From Lentisphaeria bacterium (GTDB taxonomy: Bacteria > Verrucomicrobiota > Lentisphaeria > JABSQK01 > JAWLHB01): a stretch of 64,000 bases of DNA. This document shows positions 1 through 10,300 of this stretch, in pieces. Both the position numbers and the translations under genes were made by a program. The stretch spans positions 1 through 64,000 of the forward strand of contig JAWLHB010000031.1 in NCBI GenBank assembly GCA_041690595.1. Direction: 5' to 3'. Below the pieces are notes generated by a model that saw only the letters and a list, made by a program, of their open reading frames with translations, was not told where the DNA came from and did not search any database. The stretch's first letter is position 1, and every line of letters begins with the position of its first letter.

Positions 1-171
1 CGACCATTCTTCCTATTCTTCCCATTCTTCCCCCCTCTCTGGCCAATCAAACCCCGCCTGCCCCCAACAGCGCGTCATTCACCGCGAGGGGCGGTATCCT
101 CGCTCGCTGCCCCCAGAATCTCCGCCTCCCCGCCATCCCAGAACCGTCTGATCCGTCTGCCTGCCAGGAAA

Positions 172-471
172 GTGGGGCAGACATTCCTGTCTGCCTTTCA
201 GAGCTCCCGTCTGCGCCTCCCCGCGTCCCCGCGTCATCCGATCTCCGGAAACCCGACAACAAGTATCGAGGGGTCTGGGGAGGTGCGCCTCCCCAGCGGG
301 GCCGGGGCAGCGCCCCGCCGATTGTCCCTGCCCTCCCCGCGCCTCCGCGCCTCCGCGCCTCCGCGGCCCACTTGCCCCAACGCGGGCTACGTCCCCTAGC
401 CCAGGGTTGTGCCGCCAAAGGCGGTGCTACCCTGGGTATACTCCCGCCCATCCATCAACCCTGACGGGGTT
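172..471. repeat. Cluster of REP-like palindromes and short GC-rich tandem repeats
   Basis: GTGG followed by a perfect 8-bp stem GGCAGACA-TTCC-TGTCTGCC (176-195); 9-bp stem CTGGGGAGG-TGCG-CCTCCCCAG (275-296); CCCAGGGT...ACCCTGGG (400-436) with an inner CCGCC/GGCGG stem; tandem CCGCGCCT units near 336-364. Confidence 0.6.
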
Positions 472-551
472 GCGTCCACGGCATGGCCTCACCACAAGCA
501 CAGATACCTCTCCGCCTCTCCGCCACTCCGTGGTCCCGCGTCCCCGCCACC

Positions 552-587
552 CAGATCCGTCGGATCCGTCTGATCCGCCAGATCCTC
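552..587. repeat. Four imperfect 9-bp tandem units (CNGATCCKY)
   Basis: cagatccgt-cggatccgt-ctgatccgc-cagatcctc; the same unit occurs in reverse complement at 46873-46917. Confidence 0.75.
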
Positions 588-675
588 GTATAGTTAACAC
601 ACCGGGTACGCTTGTGAGAGTACCATCCCTGAATAGCAAAGCGGCGCTTATGTGCCGTCCCCTTGCGGAAGCAAC

Positions 676-749
676 TGGAGCGGGTAGAGGGAATCGAACC
701 CTCCTAGCTGGCTTGGGAAGCCAGTGCATTACCACTATGCTATACCCGC
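676..749 (-). tRNA. tRNA-Gly (anticodon CCC)
   Basis: Reverse complement GCGGGTATAGCATAGTGGTAATGCACTGGCTTCCCAAGCCAGCTAGGAGGGTTCGATTCCCTCTACCCGCTCCA: acceptor stem, TTCGA T-loop, CTGGC/GCCAG anticodon stem around TTCCCAA, encoded CCA. Confidence 0.96.
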
Positions 750-851
750 TGAGGTATGCTGCATGCCGATACGGTAGTATAGCAGCAGCCCGGGGCTTCG
801 CAAGAGATCACAGCCCAGATTTTTTCATCCGACCCATTGCCGCTGCCGCGA

Positions 852-1331
852 TCAGCGCGGCGCGTGGAGACCAGGGGGATAGATGCCGGGGGATGAGTCG
901 GGGATGGCAGTGGCGCCCACGGCCCGCTCGTAGAAGGAGGTGGGGCCGGCGCCGCCGATGATCGCGTAGGCATAGCCGGAGGCCGCCATGGCATGCAGGC
1001 AGGCGAGCAGGAGCGCGCCACCGATGCCGCGCTTGCGATGCGATTCGGCAACTCCCGTCGGCCCGAAGAAGTTGCGGCAGGTGCAGTCATGGCAGCCAAA
1101 GCCGACAATCTGGCCCGCCTCCACGGCGATGAAGCAGGAGCAGGGCTCCCGGCCGAAGGCGGCATCGCACTCCGAAGCCCAGCCTGGACTGAAGGCTTCC
1201 CGGATCCAGCCAATCACCTGGTGTCGCTCATAGGCCATCGCCCGGCGGATGGTGATGCCGGCATCCGCCTGTCGTTTGAGTTCCGGGCCAAGTTCGGGGA
1301 GGGTATAGAGCTTGACGAGCATATCGGGCAT
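852..1331 (-). CDS. GNAT family N-acetyltransferase
   Basis: FGPTGVAESHRKRGIGGALL acetyl-CoA motif A and FYE motif; start trimmed to MPDMLVKLY. Confidence 0.85.
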   Translation of the reverse strand: MPDMLVKLYTLPELGPELKRQADAGITIRRAMAYERHQVIGWIREAFSPGWASECDAAFGREPCSCFIAVEAGQIVGFGCHDCTCRNFFGPTGVAESHRKRGIGGALLLACLHAMAASGYAYAIIGGAGPTSFYERAVGATAIPDSSPGIYPPGLHAPR

Positions 1332-1505
1332 TGGCTGGCTTCCTCGCAGAGGGGGACGAACTCCAAGGGTTTGACGCGTAGCGGGAACAGTACGGCGAAT
1401 TCGGCGAATTGGAAGCAGGCGGAACATCTTTTGGCCTTGACCCGCAAGGCAAAGAGAGTGTGCGGAGTTGTGATTACTTGACAGCGGGGCGAGAGATGCA
1501 ACTGT

Positions 1506-2642
1506 ATGACGCAAGTGGCAGAAAAGGACGGCATTGCAATGCAGCGAACGACAACAAGTGAACGGATGAGCCGCGGGGAAGTCGCAGCGGTGCTGCGGCG
1601 CAGGATCATCTCGGGCTGCTACGCCCCCGGCGCCCAGATACCGACCCGCGAGAAGCTGGCGACGATGCTCGGCGCCAGCTATGTGACCATCCAGCGTGGG
1701 CTCGACCGGCTGCGCGACGAAGGCTTCGTGCGCTCGCGCCGAGGCAGCGGCACCTTTGTCGTCGACCACCCTCCCCACACCTGCCGCTATGCGCTGGTGT
1801 TGCCTTCCAATGAATCGGACACGCGTCTGGCCAGCAGCCACTTCCTGGAGCTGCTGATCGCCGAGGCTGGACAGGTGGTGAGGGAGCTGGCCCCCAAGCA
1901 TGTCGAGGTCTGGTTCGATGTAGACGCACATGAAGACAATCCGCGGTACGTGCGGCTGCTGGAACAAGCTCGGCAGCGCTGCCTGGCGGGGCTGATCTTT
2001 CCCAACGAGCCCTTCCGGCTCAGGGGCTCGGCGCTGCTTCAGCAGCCAGGAATCGGTCTGGCCCTGATAGGCGAGGTCTCAGAGGACATGCCCTTCATGG
2101 CCGGAGTGCGCCCGCACATCCGTCATTTTCTCAATCGCGCCTGCGCTGAGCTGGCAGTGCAGGGGCGCAAGCGGCTGGCCGCCTTCTGCCCCCCCCTGAT
2201 CCCGACGCTCGATCGGGCCTATCTGCCGGACTCCGTGGCCGCGGCGGCGGCAGCCCATGGTCTATCCACCAGGCCAAGTTGTCTGCTGCCGATGAATGCG
2301 CTGAACAGCGAAGGTATCGGCCGGGCGATGACGCTGCTGATGGAGCTTTCGCCCGGACAGCGACCGGATGCGCTGATTCTGCTCGATGATCACATGGTGG
2401 AGCCGGCGACCCAGGCGTTATGCCAGTGCGGCATCAGCGTGCCCAGGGATCTGGGCATCATTGCCTACGCCAACTTCCCCACCCGGCCCAAGGCGCATGT
2501 TCCGGTTCGTTATCTCGGCTTTGACATCCGCCACATGCTGCGCAAGATGCTGCCGCTGATCGATGCTCAAGTTGCCGGCGTGGCCATCCCGCGCCTGAGC
2601 CTGCATCCAGCCATCTTCGAAGAAGAGTTGCCCTATTCATGA
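1506..2642 (+). CDS. GntR-family regulator with C-terminal LacI-like sugar-binding domain
   Basis: N-terminal wHTH (IPTREKLATMLGASYVTIQRGLDRL..EGFV..RRGSGTFV); C-terminal RPDALIL...VPRDLGII; the start may be the ATG at 1539. Confidence 0.85.
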   Translation: MTQVAEKDGIAMQRTTTSERMSRGEVAAVLRRRIISGCYAPGAQIPTREKLATMLGASYVTIQRGLDRLRDEGFVRSRRGSGTFVVDHPPHTCRYALVLPSNESDTRLASSHFLELLIAEAGQVVRELAPKHVEVWFDVDAHEDNPRYVRLLEQARQRCLAGLIFPNEPFRLRGSALLQQPGIGLALIGEVSEDMPFMAGVRPHIRHFLNRACAELAVQGRKRLAAFCPPLIPTLDRAYLPDSVAAAAAAHGLSTRPSCLLPMNALNSEGIGRAMTLLMELSPGQRPDALILLDDHMVEPATQALCQCGISVPRDLGIIAYANFPTRPKAHVPVRYLGFDIRHMLRKMLPLIDAQVAGVAIPRLSLHPAIFEEELPYS

Positions 2643-5600
2643 AGCCCAACAGCTTTACACACGCGCTTGTACTCCTCATCGCCTGCCTTGTCGCAACCGG
2701 CAACGACCGCGAATACCCACGTCTTGCGCGATCCCTCTTCTGGAAGCCCTACACCTATGATGCCCAGACCGTAGCTCTCTTCCACCTGGACAAGGAGGCT
2801 CCCCCCAGTGACAAGATGCCCACGGATGAAGAACTCCTCGGTGATCTGCTGACCGCCACACCCAGCACCAAGGCACGCCCCGCGGTGGGAAGCGCTGACG
2901 AACCGGGCGCCGCCAACGCGGTTCCGACCGGTGTGCCCGCCGCCCTCCGCGGGAGTACCTCTTTTGTTGCCGACGGCAGGCTGGGAGGCGCCCTGCGCTT
3001 CGACAGGAATGATGGCGCCCTCCTCTTCGACCAATTCACGTTGCAATCGCCATCGCGAACCGTCGAATGCTGGGTGAAGCTGGCGGAGCTGCCGAAGGTC
3101 GAGGCGGTCCTCTTCCACTTCGCGGAGCCGCCGCGCCGCCGCCCGGGCGCTTACCAGGCCGATGCCTACAACCGCTCCCTCTCGTCCGTTTCTCTCCTGA
3201 TCCTTCCCGATGGTCAACTCGCCTGCGACTGGTATGGACGGCGGCTGGCGATCGAGCTGCCCCCCCTGCGGGTCGGGTCGTGGACACATGTCGCCTGCGC
3301 CATGTCGACCGAGTGGCCGTGGAAGTCCAAGCTTCTGGTCTACTCCGATGGTCATCCGGCGCCGCCACTCTCGCTGCCCAGGGAGGAACTCGGCAAGGTG
3401 GCGCAGGACTCGCAGCAGCTCCTCGTCGGCAATGATCTGACGATGACACGCGGCATCGTCGGATGGATCGACGAAGTGCGCCTCTCACGGCGGGTCCGCG
3501 AATTCTATATCTATGAGCTGGACTGGGCACCGGTCGATGCCGCCACGGTGGCCGGAGATGGGCAACCCTATTTCCGCGACGCCGACGATCTCCTGCTGAA
3601 CCTGCCCTTCGATTACTCCCTGCAGCCTGCCAAAGCCACCCCCGGAACGGATCTGCCAAAAGAGGCGGCGTCGACCTTCGACCCCGATCTGGATGCCCAC
3701 CTCTTCGCGCCGGGCGTCAGCGGCGCCGCCCTGCTCCTGGGCGATGGCACCCTGCGGCCCGCCTACGGCGCCGCCGGCAACCTCGATCCCAACGAAGGCA
3801 CCATCGCCTTCTGGCTCTTGCCTCTCGACTGGGACAACCTCACCCGCGACAATCGCTATGACCAGGTGCAGCCGACCGTCTTTGGCCTCTTTCAGCTCAT
3901 CGGCCACTATGTGGATGGCAGCCATGCGCGCCTCTTTTCGCCAACCGGACCGACCCTGCAGTTCAATCTCAACCTGCACCTGCCGGAGACCAGCGATCAG
4001 CCGGTCGACCTGGCGCCGGGAGAGTGGCGCCATATCGCGATGACCTGGGTCGGCACCGACTTCACCTACTACGTCGATGGCGAAGCCCGTAACCCCGATG
4101 GCGCCTGGGAGAGTCAGCTGGAGCTGCGGACGCCGGACGATCCGTATCCCTACAAGCAGTTGAATCCACGCTGGTGGACGGAGAGCAAGCCGCTCTCCCT
4201 CACCTTCCGCGAGCGCCGTTACTGGGACCAGCTGAGCCTCCCCGTCCCGCGCAGCCGCGTCGACGAGTTTCGCATCTACCGCCGGGCTCTCTCGCCCAGT
4301 GAGATTGCCAATCTCGTCGCCCTGCATGACTCGCGGCGCACACTGGAACCTCTGCCGGTGGCCGACATGCAGGTCCACTACAACGGCGTGAGCGGAAAGA
4401 CCCGGGTGACCATCGTGCCGCTGGTCGCGGGCTACCGCCACGTGACCGGCGCGGATGTCTGGATCGTGCGCGAGGGAAGCGACGAGCGGTTGGGGGAGGC
4501 CAAACTCCTCTTTGACGAGCGCCATCAGGGGAGCATCGTCGTCACCACACCCCCGCTGGAGTTTGCCACCTACCGGGTGATGGCCGAGCTGCGAAACGCC
4601 GACGGCACCTCCGCCGGCACCGTGCAACACAGCTTCACCCGCGTCGCCCCCCCATGGTGGGAGTCGACCGCCGGACTTTCGACAAAGGTCATGCCGGAGT
4701 GGACCCCCGTCGAGGTCGATGGGCGCGCCATCCGCGTATGGGGACGTGAGATCCGCTTTGCGGGTTCCGGCCTGCCGGAGCAGATTGTCTCGGCCGGCGA
4801 GCCCATTCTCACCTCGCCAATCCGCGTCACCGCAACCCGCGATGGCGCCGAGCTGGCCCTGCAGCCGGGAGAGCCGCGGCTGAAAGCCATCGACGAGACG
4901 CGCGCCGAGGCAGAAGGCCTCCTGAGCGGGGACGGGCTGCGGCTGCTGACCCGCTCACAGACGGAATTCGACGGGATGATCTGGTTCGATGTCACCATCG
5001 AGCCGGAAGGCGAAACCGCGGCGCTTTCGTCGCTGACGGTCGAGATCACCTATCGCGCGGCGAATGCGGAGTTGCTGCACTGGTGGAGCGGCTCCCGCAA
5101 CTTCCGTGAGCCCCGCCACGTCCATATCGGCGCCCTGCCCGCGGAGGAAGGCGTGCACTTTGCCAGCAACGCCGAGGAAGTCCGCAAGCCGGAGAACCTG
5201 CGCGGCAGCTTCATTCCCTACGTGATGCTGACGGGGATGGCCCGCGGCATGGCCTGGTTTGGCGAGAACGACAAGGGCTGGACCCAGAGCACCGACAAAG
5301 CCGCCGTCAGCATCGAGCGGCGCGGCGAGACCGTCATCCTCGTGCTGCGCATCATTGCGGACCCGATTACCCTCAAGGAAAGCCGAACCTTCTCCTTCGG
5401 GCTCCATCCCACGCCGGTCCGAAAGCTGGAGCCGCATTGGCGCATGAGCCCCTCCTTCAGCAACATCTTCCCAGACTCCTTCTCCGGAAACAACCTCAAG
5501 GGACGAAAGGGGCCGGCGGCCTTCAATACGTATCCCGAGGACGACTGGGAAAGCGTGCAACGCCGCATCGAAGGCGAAGGGCTGACGAAGGGGGCTCCGA

Positions 5601-6796
5601 GCATGGCCACCAAGGCCCAGGGCTTTCTGGAAAGCTTCGAAGCTACCTGGGGGCGCCCGCCCCTGCCGGTCGAACGGGTGACCCCCGGCTTGTACTGGGA
5701 TATGCAATGGACGGGCCACCATCCCGCCCACACCCGCGAATGGGCCGAGTGCTGGGGGCTGGGGCAGGGCGACTTTCAGCATTACAGCAAGAGCTTCAAC
5801 AACTTCGCCGCCTGGAGCTGGGAGCAGTGGCTCGTCCAGACCAACGGCTTTGTGCAAGGCGTCTACCTGGACGATTGCTGGGGAGCGCCGCAAGTGCTGG
5901 AAAGCGGACCGGTGGCGTATGCCCTCGACGATGGCCACGTCCAACCCGGATACCAGATTCGCGGTTACCGCGAGCGCGTCATGCGCATGCGCCAGATCTC
6001 TTGGGATCATGGCATCGTGCCGCGGCTCACGGCCCACACCACCCACACCTTCTTCATCCCATGGCACTCCTGCTTCGACCTCATTCTCGACGGCGAAGAC
6101 CATTACGCCAACCCACCGGAACAGCACACCTTCATCGATCGCTGGCCGCTCGACCGGATGCGCTTCATGCACAACGGCAAGTGGGGCCTCATCACCACCT
6201 GGCTGCCGTGGCACGGCAATTCACTCGACATCGACAAGTGGCCGGCATGGACCTATCGGCATCGCCGCGCCTATACGGCCAGCATGGCAATGCACGACAT
6301 CATGTGGAAGTTCGATCAGGCGATCATCCAGCGCTTCGGCCTGCGCGAACCCGAAACCGTCACCATCCCCTACTGGAACGACGGTGGTCTCGCGTCGCAT
6401 GAGCATGCGGATCTGCGCGCAGGCGCCTGGAAAAATGAACGCGGCTGCCTGCTTCTCCTGGTCAACGTCGGCAAGGAACGGATCGAGGCAAATGTCCACC
6501 TGGACAAGGTGGTCATGGGATTTGACCCGGGCGATGCGCTTCGCATCGAGGATGTCGACAGCGACCTGCTCGTGTACTTCGCCGAGGATACTACCGCCAT
6601 GGAGACGCCCGATGCGGCCGATGTCGGCGCTGTAGCCGGTGCCGAACTGGATATTTCCCTGGAAGAAAACGACAGCGAGCTGCCCGAGGACGAGCGGCGC
6701 GCCCGCGATCCGGACGGCAAGTATCAGTGGCAGGATGAGCGCCTCCTCTGCCCCGTGCGTCCCAACGATTACCGCCTCTTCCTCTTCACCCGGTAG
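2639..6796 (+). CDS. Large secreted protein: two LamG/ConA-like domains plus a probable glycoside-hydrolase (DUF6067-like) domain
   Basis: Signal peptide; LamG motifs TVECWVK..WTHVA..IDEVRLS and GTIAFW..WRHIAMTW..DEFRIYRRALS; later GVYLDD barrel-like motif; ATGA overlap with the GntR stop. Confidence 0.7.
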   Translation: MKPNSFTHALVLLIACLVATGNDREYPRLARSLFWKPYTYDAQTVALFHLDKEAPPSDKMPTDEELLGDLLTATPSTKARPAVGSADEPGAANAVPTGVPAALRGSTSFVADGRLGGALRFDRNDGALLFDQFTLQSPSRTVECWVKLAELPKVEAVLFHFAEPPRRRPGAYQADAYNRSLSSVSLLILPDGQLACDWYGRRLAIELPPLRVGSWTHVACAMSTEWPWKSKLLVYSDGHPAPPLSLPREELGKVAQDSQQLLVGNDLTMTRGIVGWIDEVRLSRRVREFYIYELDWAPVDAATVAGDGQPYFRDADDLLLNLPFDYSLQPAKATPGTDLPKEAASTFDPDLDAHLFAPGVSGAALLLGDGTLRPAYGAAGNLDPNEGTIAFWLLPLDWDNLTRDNRYDQVQPTVFGLFQLIGHYVDGSHARLFSPTGPTLQFNLNLHLPETSDQPVDLAPGEWRHIAMTWVGTDFTYYVDGEARNPDGAWESQLELRTPDDPYPYKQLNPRWWTESKPLSLTFRERRYWDQLSLPVPRSRVDEFRIYRRALSPSEIANLVALHDSRRTLEPLPVADMQVHYNGVSGKTRVTIVPLVAGYRHVTGADVWIVREGSDERLGEAKLLFDERHQGSIVVTTPPLEFATYRVMAELRNADGTSAGTVQHSFTRVAPPWWESTAGLSTKVMPEWTPVEVDGRAIRVWGREIRFAGSGLPEQIVSAGEPILTSPIRVTATRDGAELALQPGEPRLKAIDETRAEAEGLLSGDGLRLLTRSQTEFDGMIWFDVTIEPEGETAALSSLTVEITYRAANAELLHWWSGSRNFREPRHVHIGALPAEEGVHFASNAEEVRKPENLRGSFIPYVMLTGMARGMAWFGENDKGWTQSTDKAAVSIERRGETVILVLRIIADPITLKESRTFSFGLHPTPVRKLEPHWRMSPSFSNIFPDSFSGNNLKGRKGPAAFNTYPEDDWESVQRRIEGEGLTKGAPSMATKAQGFLESFEATWGRPPLPVERVTPGLYWDMQWTGHHPAHTREWAECWGLGQGDFQHYSKSFNNFAAWSWEQWLVQTNGFVQGVYLDDCWGAPQVLESGPVAYALDDGHVQPGYQIRGYRERVMRMRQISWDHGIVPRLTAHTTHTFFIPWHSCFDLILDGEDHYANPPEQHTFIDRWPLDRMRFMHNGKWGLITTWLPWHGNSLDIDKWPAWTYRHRRAYTASMAMHDIMWKFDQAIIQRFGLREPETVTIPYWNDGGLASHEHADLRAGAWKNERGCLLLLVNVGKERIEANVHLDKVVMGFDPGDALRIEDVDSDLLVYFAEDTTAMETPDAADVGAVAGAELDISLEENDSELPEDERRARDPDGKYQWQDERLLCPVRPNDYRLFLFTR

Positions 6797-6808
6797 CAAC
6801 GGGAGGAT

Positions 6809-7114
6809 TCAGAAACGGCGCCAAACCCCGCCGGAAGGTTCGCAGATCGGGCAGTTGGCCTTCCTCCCCATCAGAGCGCCGATGGCGACCCACGGGTAGA
6901 GAAGCAGCCGCAAATCCGCCATGGCCAACGGCAGCACGTAGGCCAGGACGCTGAACCAGAGCCAGCCCGCGCCGCTCAAGATCGCCATGACCACCCCGAC
7001 TAGCATGAGCAGCACTGCCCACCAGTGCGGTTTCAGGTAAACCGCCGCAATACCCCGCTGGCTCAGCCGCTTGCTGTTGCGGCAATGGCTACAGATTCGC
7101 TCTTCCGTCGGCAT
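6809..7114 (-). CDS. Small membrane protein with two CxxC motifs
   Basis: CSHC and CPIC flank hydrophobic helices; AAGGAAG RBS upstream of MPTEER. Confidence 0.6.
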   Translation of the reverse strand: MPTEERICSHCRNSKRLSQRGIAAVYLKPHWWAVLLMLVGVVMAILSGAGWLWFSVLAYVLPLAMADLRLLLYPWVAIGALMGRKANCPICEPSGGVWRRF

Positions 7115-7388
7115 GGCATCATCTTCCTTCCTTGACCCCACTAACATACTCGCTTTGCCGCCCCCGTCTTCTCCCATTCCGAAAAGGTGGCCGAACAGAT
7201 GCCGGGGCCGAGCGTAAAGGTGGGAACCGGCTGTTGCTTTTCTGGACATTTGAGCAAGGGTTGGTAATAGTATGAAGCACTGCCTACAGTTAGTGTATAG
7301 TCAAAGCGACAAGTCGGTCGTCATGAACCTCGGGGCGCAGCAGCATTCTCTTGTCCACAAAGCGTCGATTCATAAGGTACATACAAGC

Positions 7389-10300
7389 ATGAGAAACGCC
7401 TTTCTTCTCTGTTTCTGTCTGGTTGTCTCTCTGAGCATGGTCCATGGAGCGCTGGTCGACGAAGCGATCATTGCGCCATCCATCGAGCAGGAGTACATGT
7501 CGGCCAGCGTCGAGAACGATCCTTTTGCCAACTGCCCATCCTACGGCTTGCAGAGTGCCCGACAAGTCCTTCTTGCGGGCGATAAGTCGGCCGAATGGAA
7601 CGAGGACTATCAGGCCAATGTCCGCATGGCCTGGGACAGCGAGGCGCTCTATGTGCGCCTGGATGTCGTGGACGATTCACGGGTGACGGCACCGCCCAGC
7701 GAGGGAACCTCCAGCGACGGCGACTCCTTCACCCTCTGCTACCTGTACCGGACGGTTGGACCCAATCGCCGTGCCACGCTCCCGTGGTATGTCCATCTCT
7801 ATCCCGATTTCGAGAACAATACGGTCCGCGTGATTGCGGAAGCACAGGACAAGGTCACGGCGGCCCGTCTTGGTCAGCCGGAAGCTATCATGTTCAAACA
7901 GCAGATCAACTACAGCATCGTCGCTCGCATTCCTTTCGGTGGCTGGGAGGACGCGCCCAAGGCGGGTACCTTCATGCGCCTCCAGATACTATTCGCCGAT
8001 GACGACGATGCCAATACGCCAGGTATCAATCACCTCTTCAGCTATTTCCCCACCGATTCCGGACGCGTCGAGGCGGCGCGCGACTTGGCGGGATTCGGCC
8101 AACTCAACTTCGTGAACAAAGTCTGGCTCGATTTGAGAGCCGATGGCGCGCTCTTCTCGGAAGGGCAGTTCCACGGGCGCCTTCGGTACGGCAACCTGAC
8201 CTCTGAAGCGCGCCAGGCAAGCATCGAGGTGCTGCCGTTCAATCGCGATCCAGCGCAGACCGGCCTCGAGCCCGTGATCAGCACCATACCGAGCGTCGAC
8301 ATGCCCCCCAACAGCAAGCGGGACGAGATTCTGGTAACGCTTCCCATGCAGGAACTGGCGGCCAAGACCGTGGTGCGGCTGCGCGCCGTCAGCGGCGTCT
8401 ATAACGCACCGACCGTGGTTGTGGTGCACAGTGTCAACAACATGGTCTATCTGCCCCTGAAGATCGAGCGTCAGAAGCAGCAGAGCGCGCGGGATCTCCT
8501 GGTTTACCAGAGTCGCACGGGCTTGCTCGACACCATGCGCTACATGGCAGGTGGCGGCACCGTCATCTGGAATGTTGGACGCTACGATGCCTCATCAGCA
8601 GAGTTCCCGGAGTTTCTGCGCGAGAAGGCAGAATACACCATCAGCCTGCCTGAGGCAAAACCGAACGTCGTGCCATGGGCCCTCCTTGGCGGTCGCGACC
8701 GGCTGGATGGCATGGCTGAACCCTTGCACATGAAGATGCTGCCCGAGATCTTCACACAGCATGAGAAGTTCTCGCCGCCGCTGCCGGAATTCGATTACCT
8801 GAGCAACGATCGACGCCATCAACGCAAGGCCGTGCGCTCGACACGCCTCCTCCTCATCGGCTTCGTCTACGACTACATCGACGATGAGAGCATGCCCGAG
8901 ATCGTCATCAGCGCGGGCCATCGACGACTCTTGCGCGAGAAGCTCATCGGAACCCCCGTCGGCGGCGTCGGCAAGCGCCACTCCTACGTGCTCCGCGTCT
9001 GGCTGGAAGAGGCTACCGAATACAGCCAGCTCTCCGTCACCAACGTGGCCCCCTTCGGCCCACGAGCGGAGATCGATTTCATGGCCCTCATCGCAGGGGG
9101 GCCACCCGCCATTTACGCCACCGGCGACGCCGCTATCCGCTTCGGCGGCAGCCCCGAAGCTGAAATCTTCACCCGCCAGCTCGCCACCTCCAAGTTCTTT
9201 CTCCGCAATTACTTCATCTCCCGTACCGGCGACTGCTACGAAAGCCTTCCAGGCGGACGCGGCGGCATGGCACATCTCGATGACTACGGCTTGTTCATGG
9301 AAGAGCTGGCAGCCTGGGGCGCTCTCGATGCCGCACGCGAACTCGGCGTTAACATCACCACCCACATGAACACGCTGCGCGAGCGCTATCTGCGGCAGGG
9401 GGAGGTCACCCTCGGCTATCCCAGTCTCCTGATCGGCCTGCATGCACTGCGCCGCAAGAGCCCAACCTACAATGTGGCGCGCGGCTGGCTCTCCGTCGTG
9501 CATCGACCCGTTACCGACATGATCGAAACCATGAATCGCCATCCACTCGGCCTCATTGACGTTACCGACCCGCGCTATACCGAGCAGGTTCGCCCCGGCG
9601 CTACCCTGACCATGGCGGTGGCTACCGAGGCAGCTCTGCGCGCCGCGGCGGACATGGCCGGCGCCCTCGGCTGGCGGCAGAGCGTCACCAGTTGGAAACG
9701 CGAAGCAGATCGCATCCCCGATCGCATCGACTCTTTGCTGACAGCCCCGGCAGGTGGTATGCGGCTGGTGGTCGACGAACCCGTCCCCGGCGGCTTTGGA
9801 CTCGCCCCGCAGGAGACCATCTACGACGAGCTTCCGGCGCAAGCGTGGCTGTACGGACGATACACCGATCGCCGCCCCATCATCCATACCGGCGGCCGAC
9901 GGGTCTTCGATACTCCTTACGTGCTCTCTCCCCTGCCCTACTATGTCTCCCTCAAGGGGTTCAGCCTGGACGAGAGGACGCGGGTCTCCCTCAGTACCAC
10001 CCTCAATTACCTCTATATCGCCTCGCCGCTCTTCCAGGGTACCACCCGCCCCACCTTCCTCACCCATGGAATCCTCGAATACGATACCAGCGACATCCAG
10101 CTCCTTACCGTGATGGCGGCACTCCTGGCCGACAACTCCGCCATCGCCACCAAGCTCCTCAATGCGTACATCCGCTACAACTTTGACGAGTACGCCCCGC
10201 TGCCGGATGAGCCGGGCCGCCGCGCCGATGCGGAGATATCCCCATACACCTTCCAACAGAAGCTCAACGTGAGCCCCGAAGGCGAGAATCTGGGCGCCTC

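Noticed and set aside
47..961. ORFs across the repeat region and the tRNA
   Set aside because: Low-complexity translations of palindromes and repeats, some overlapping the tRNA; not credible proteins.
676..7114. Integrated element at tRNA-Gly
   Set aside because: No integrase and no duplicate of the tRNA 3' end seen in the window. The tRNA 3' side faces the left window edge, so an element beyond it cannot be excluded.
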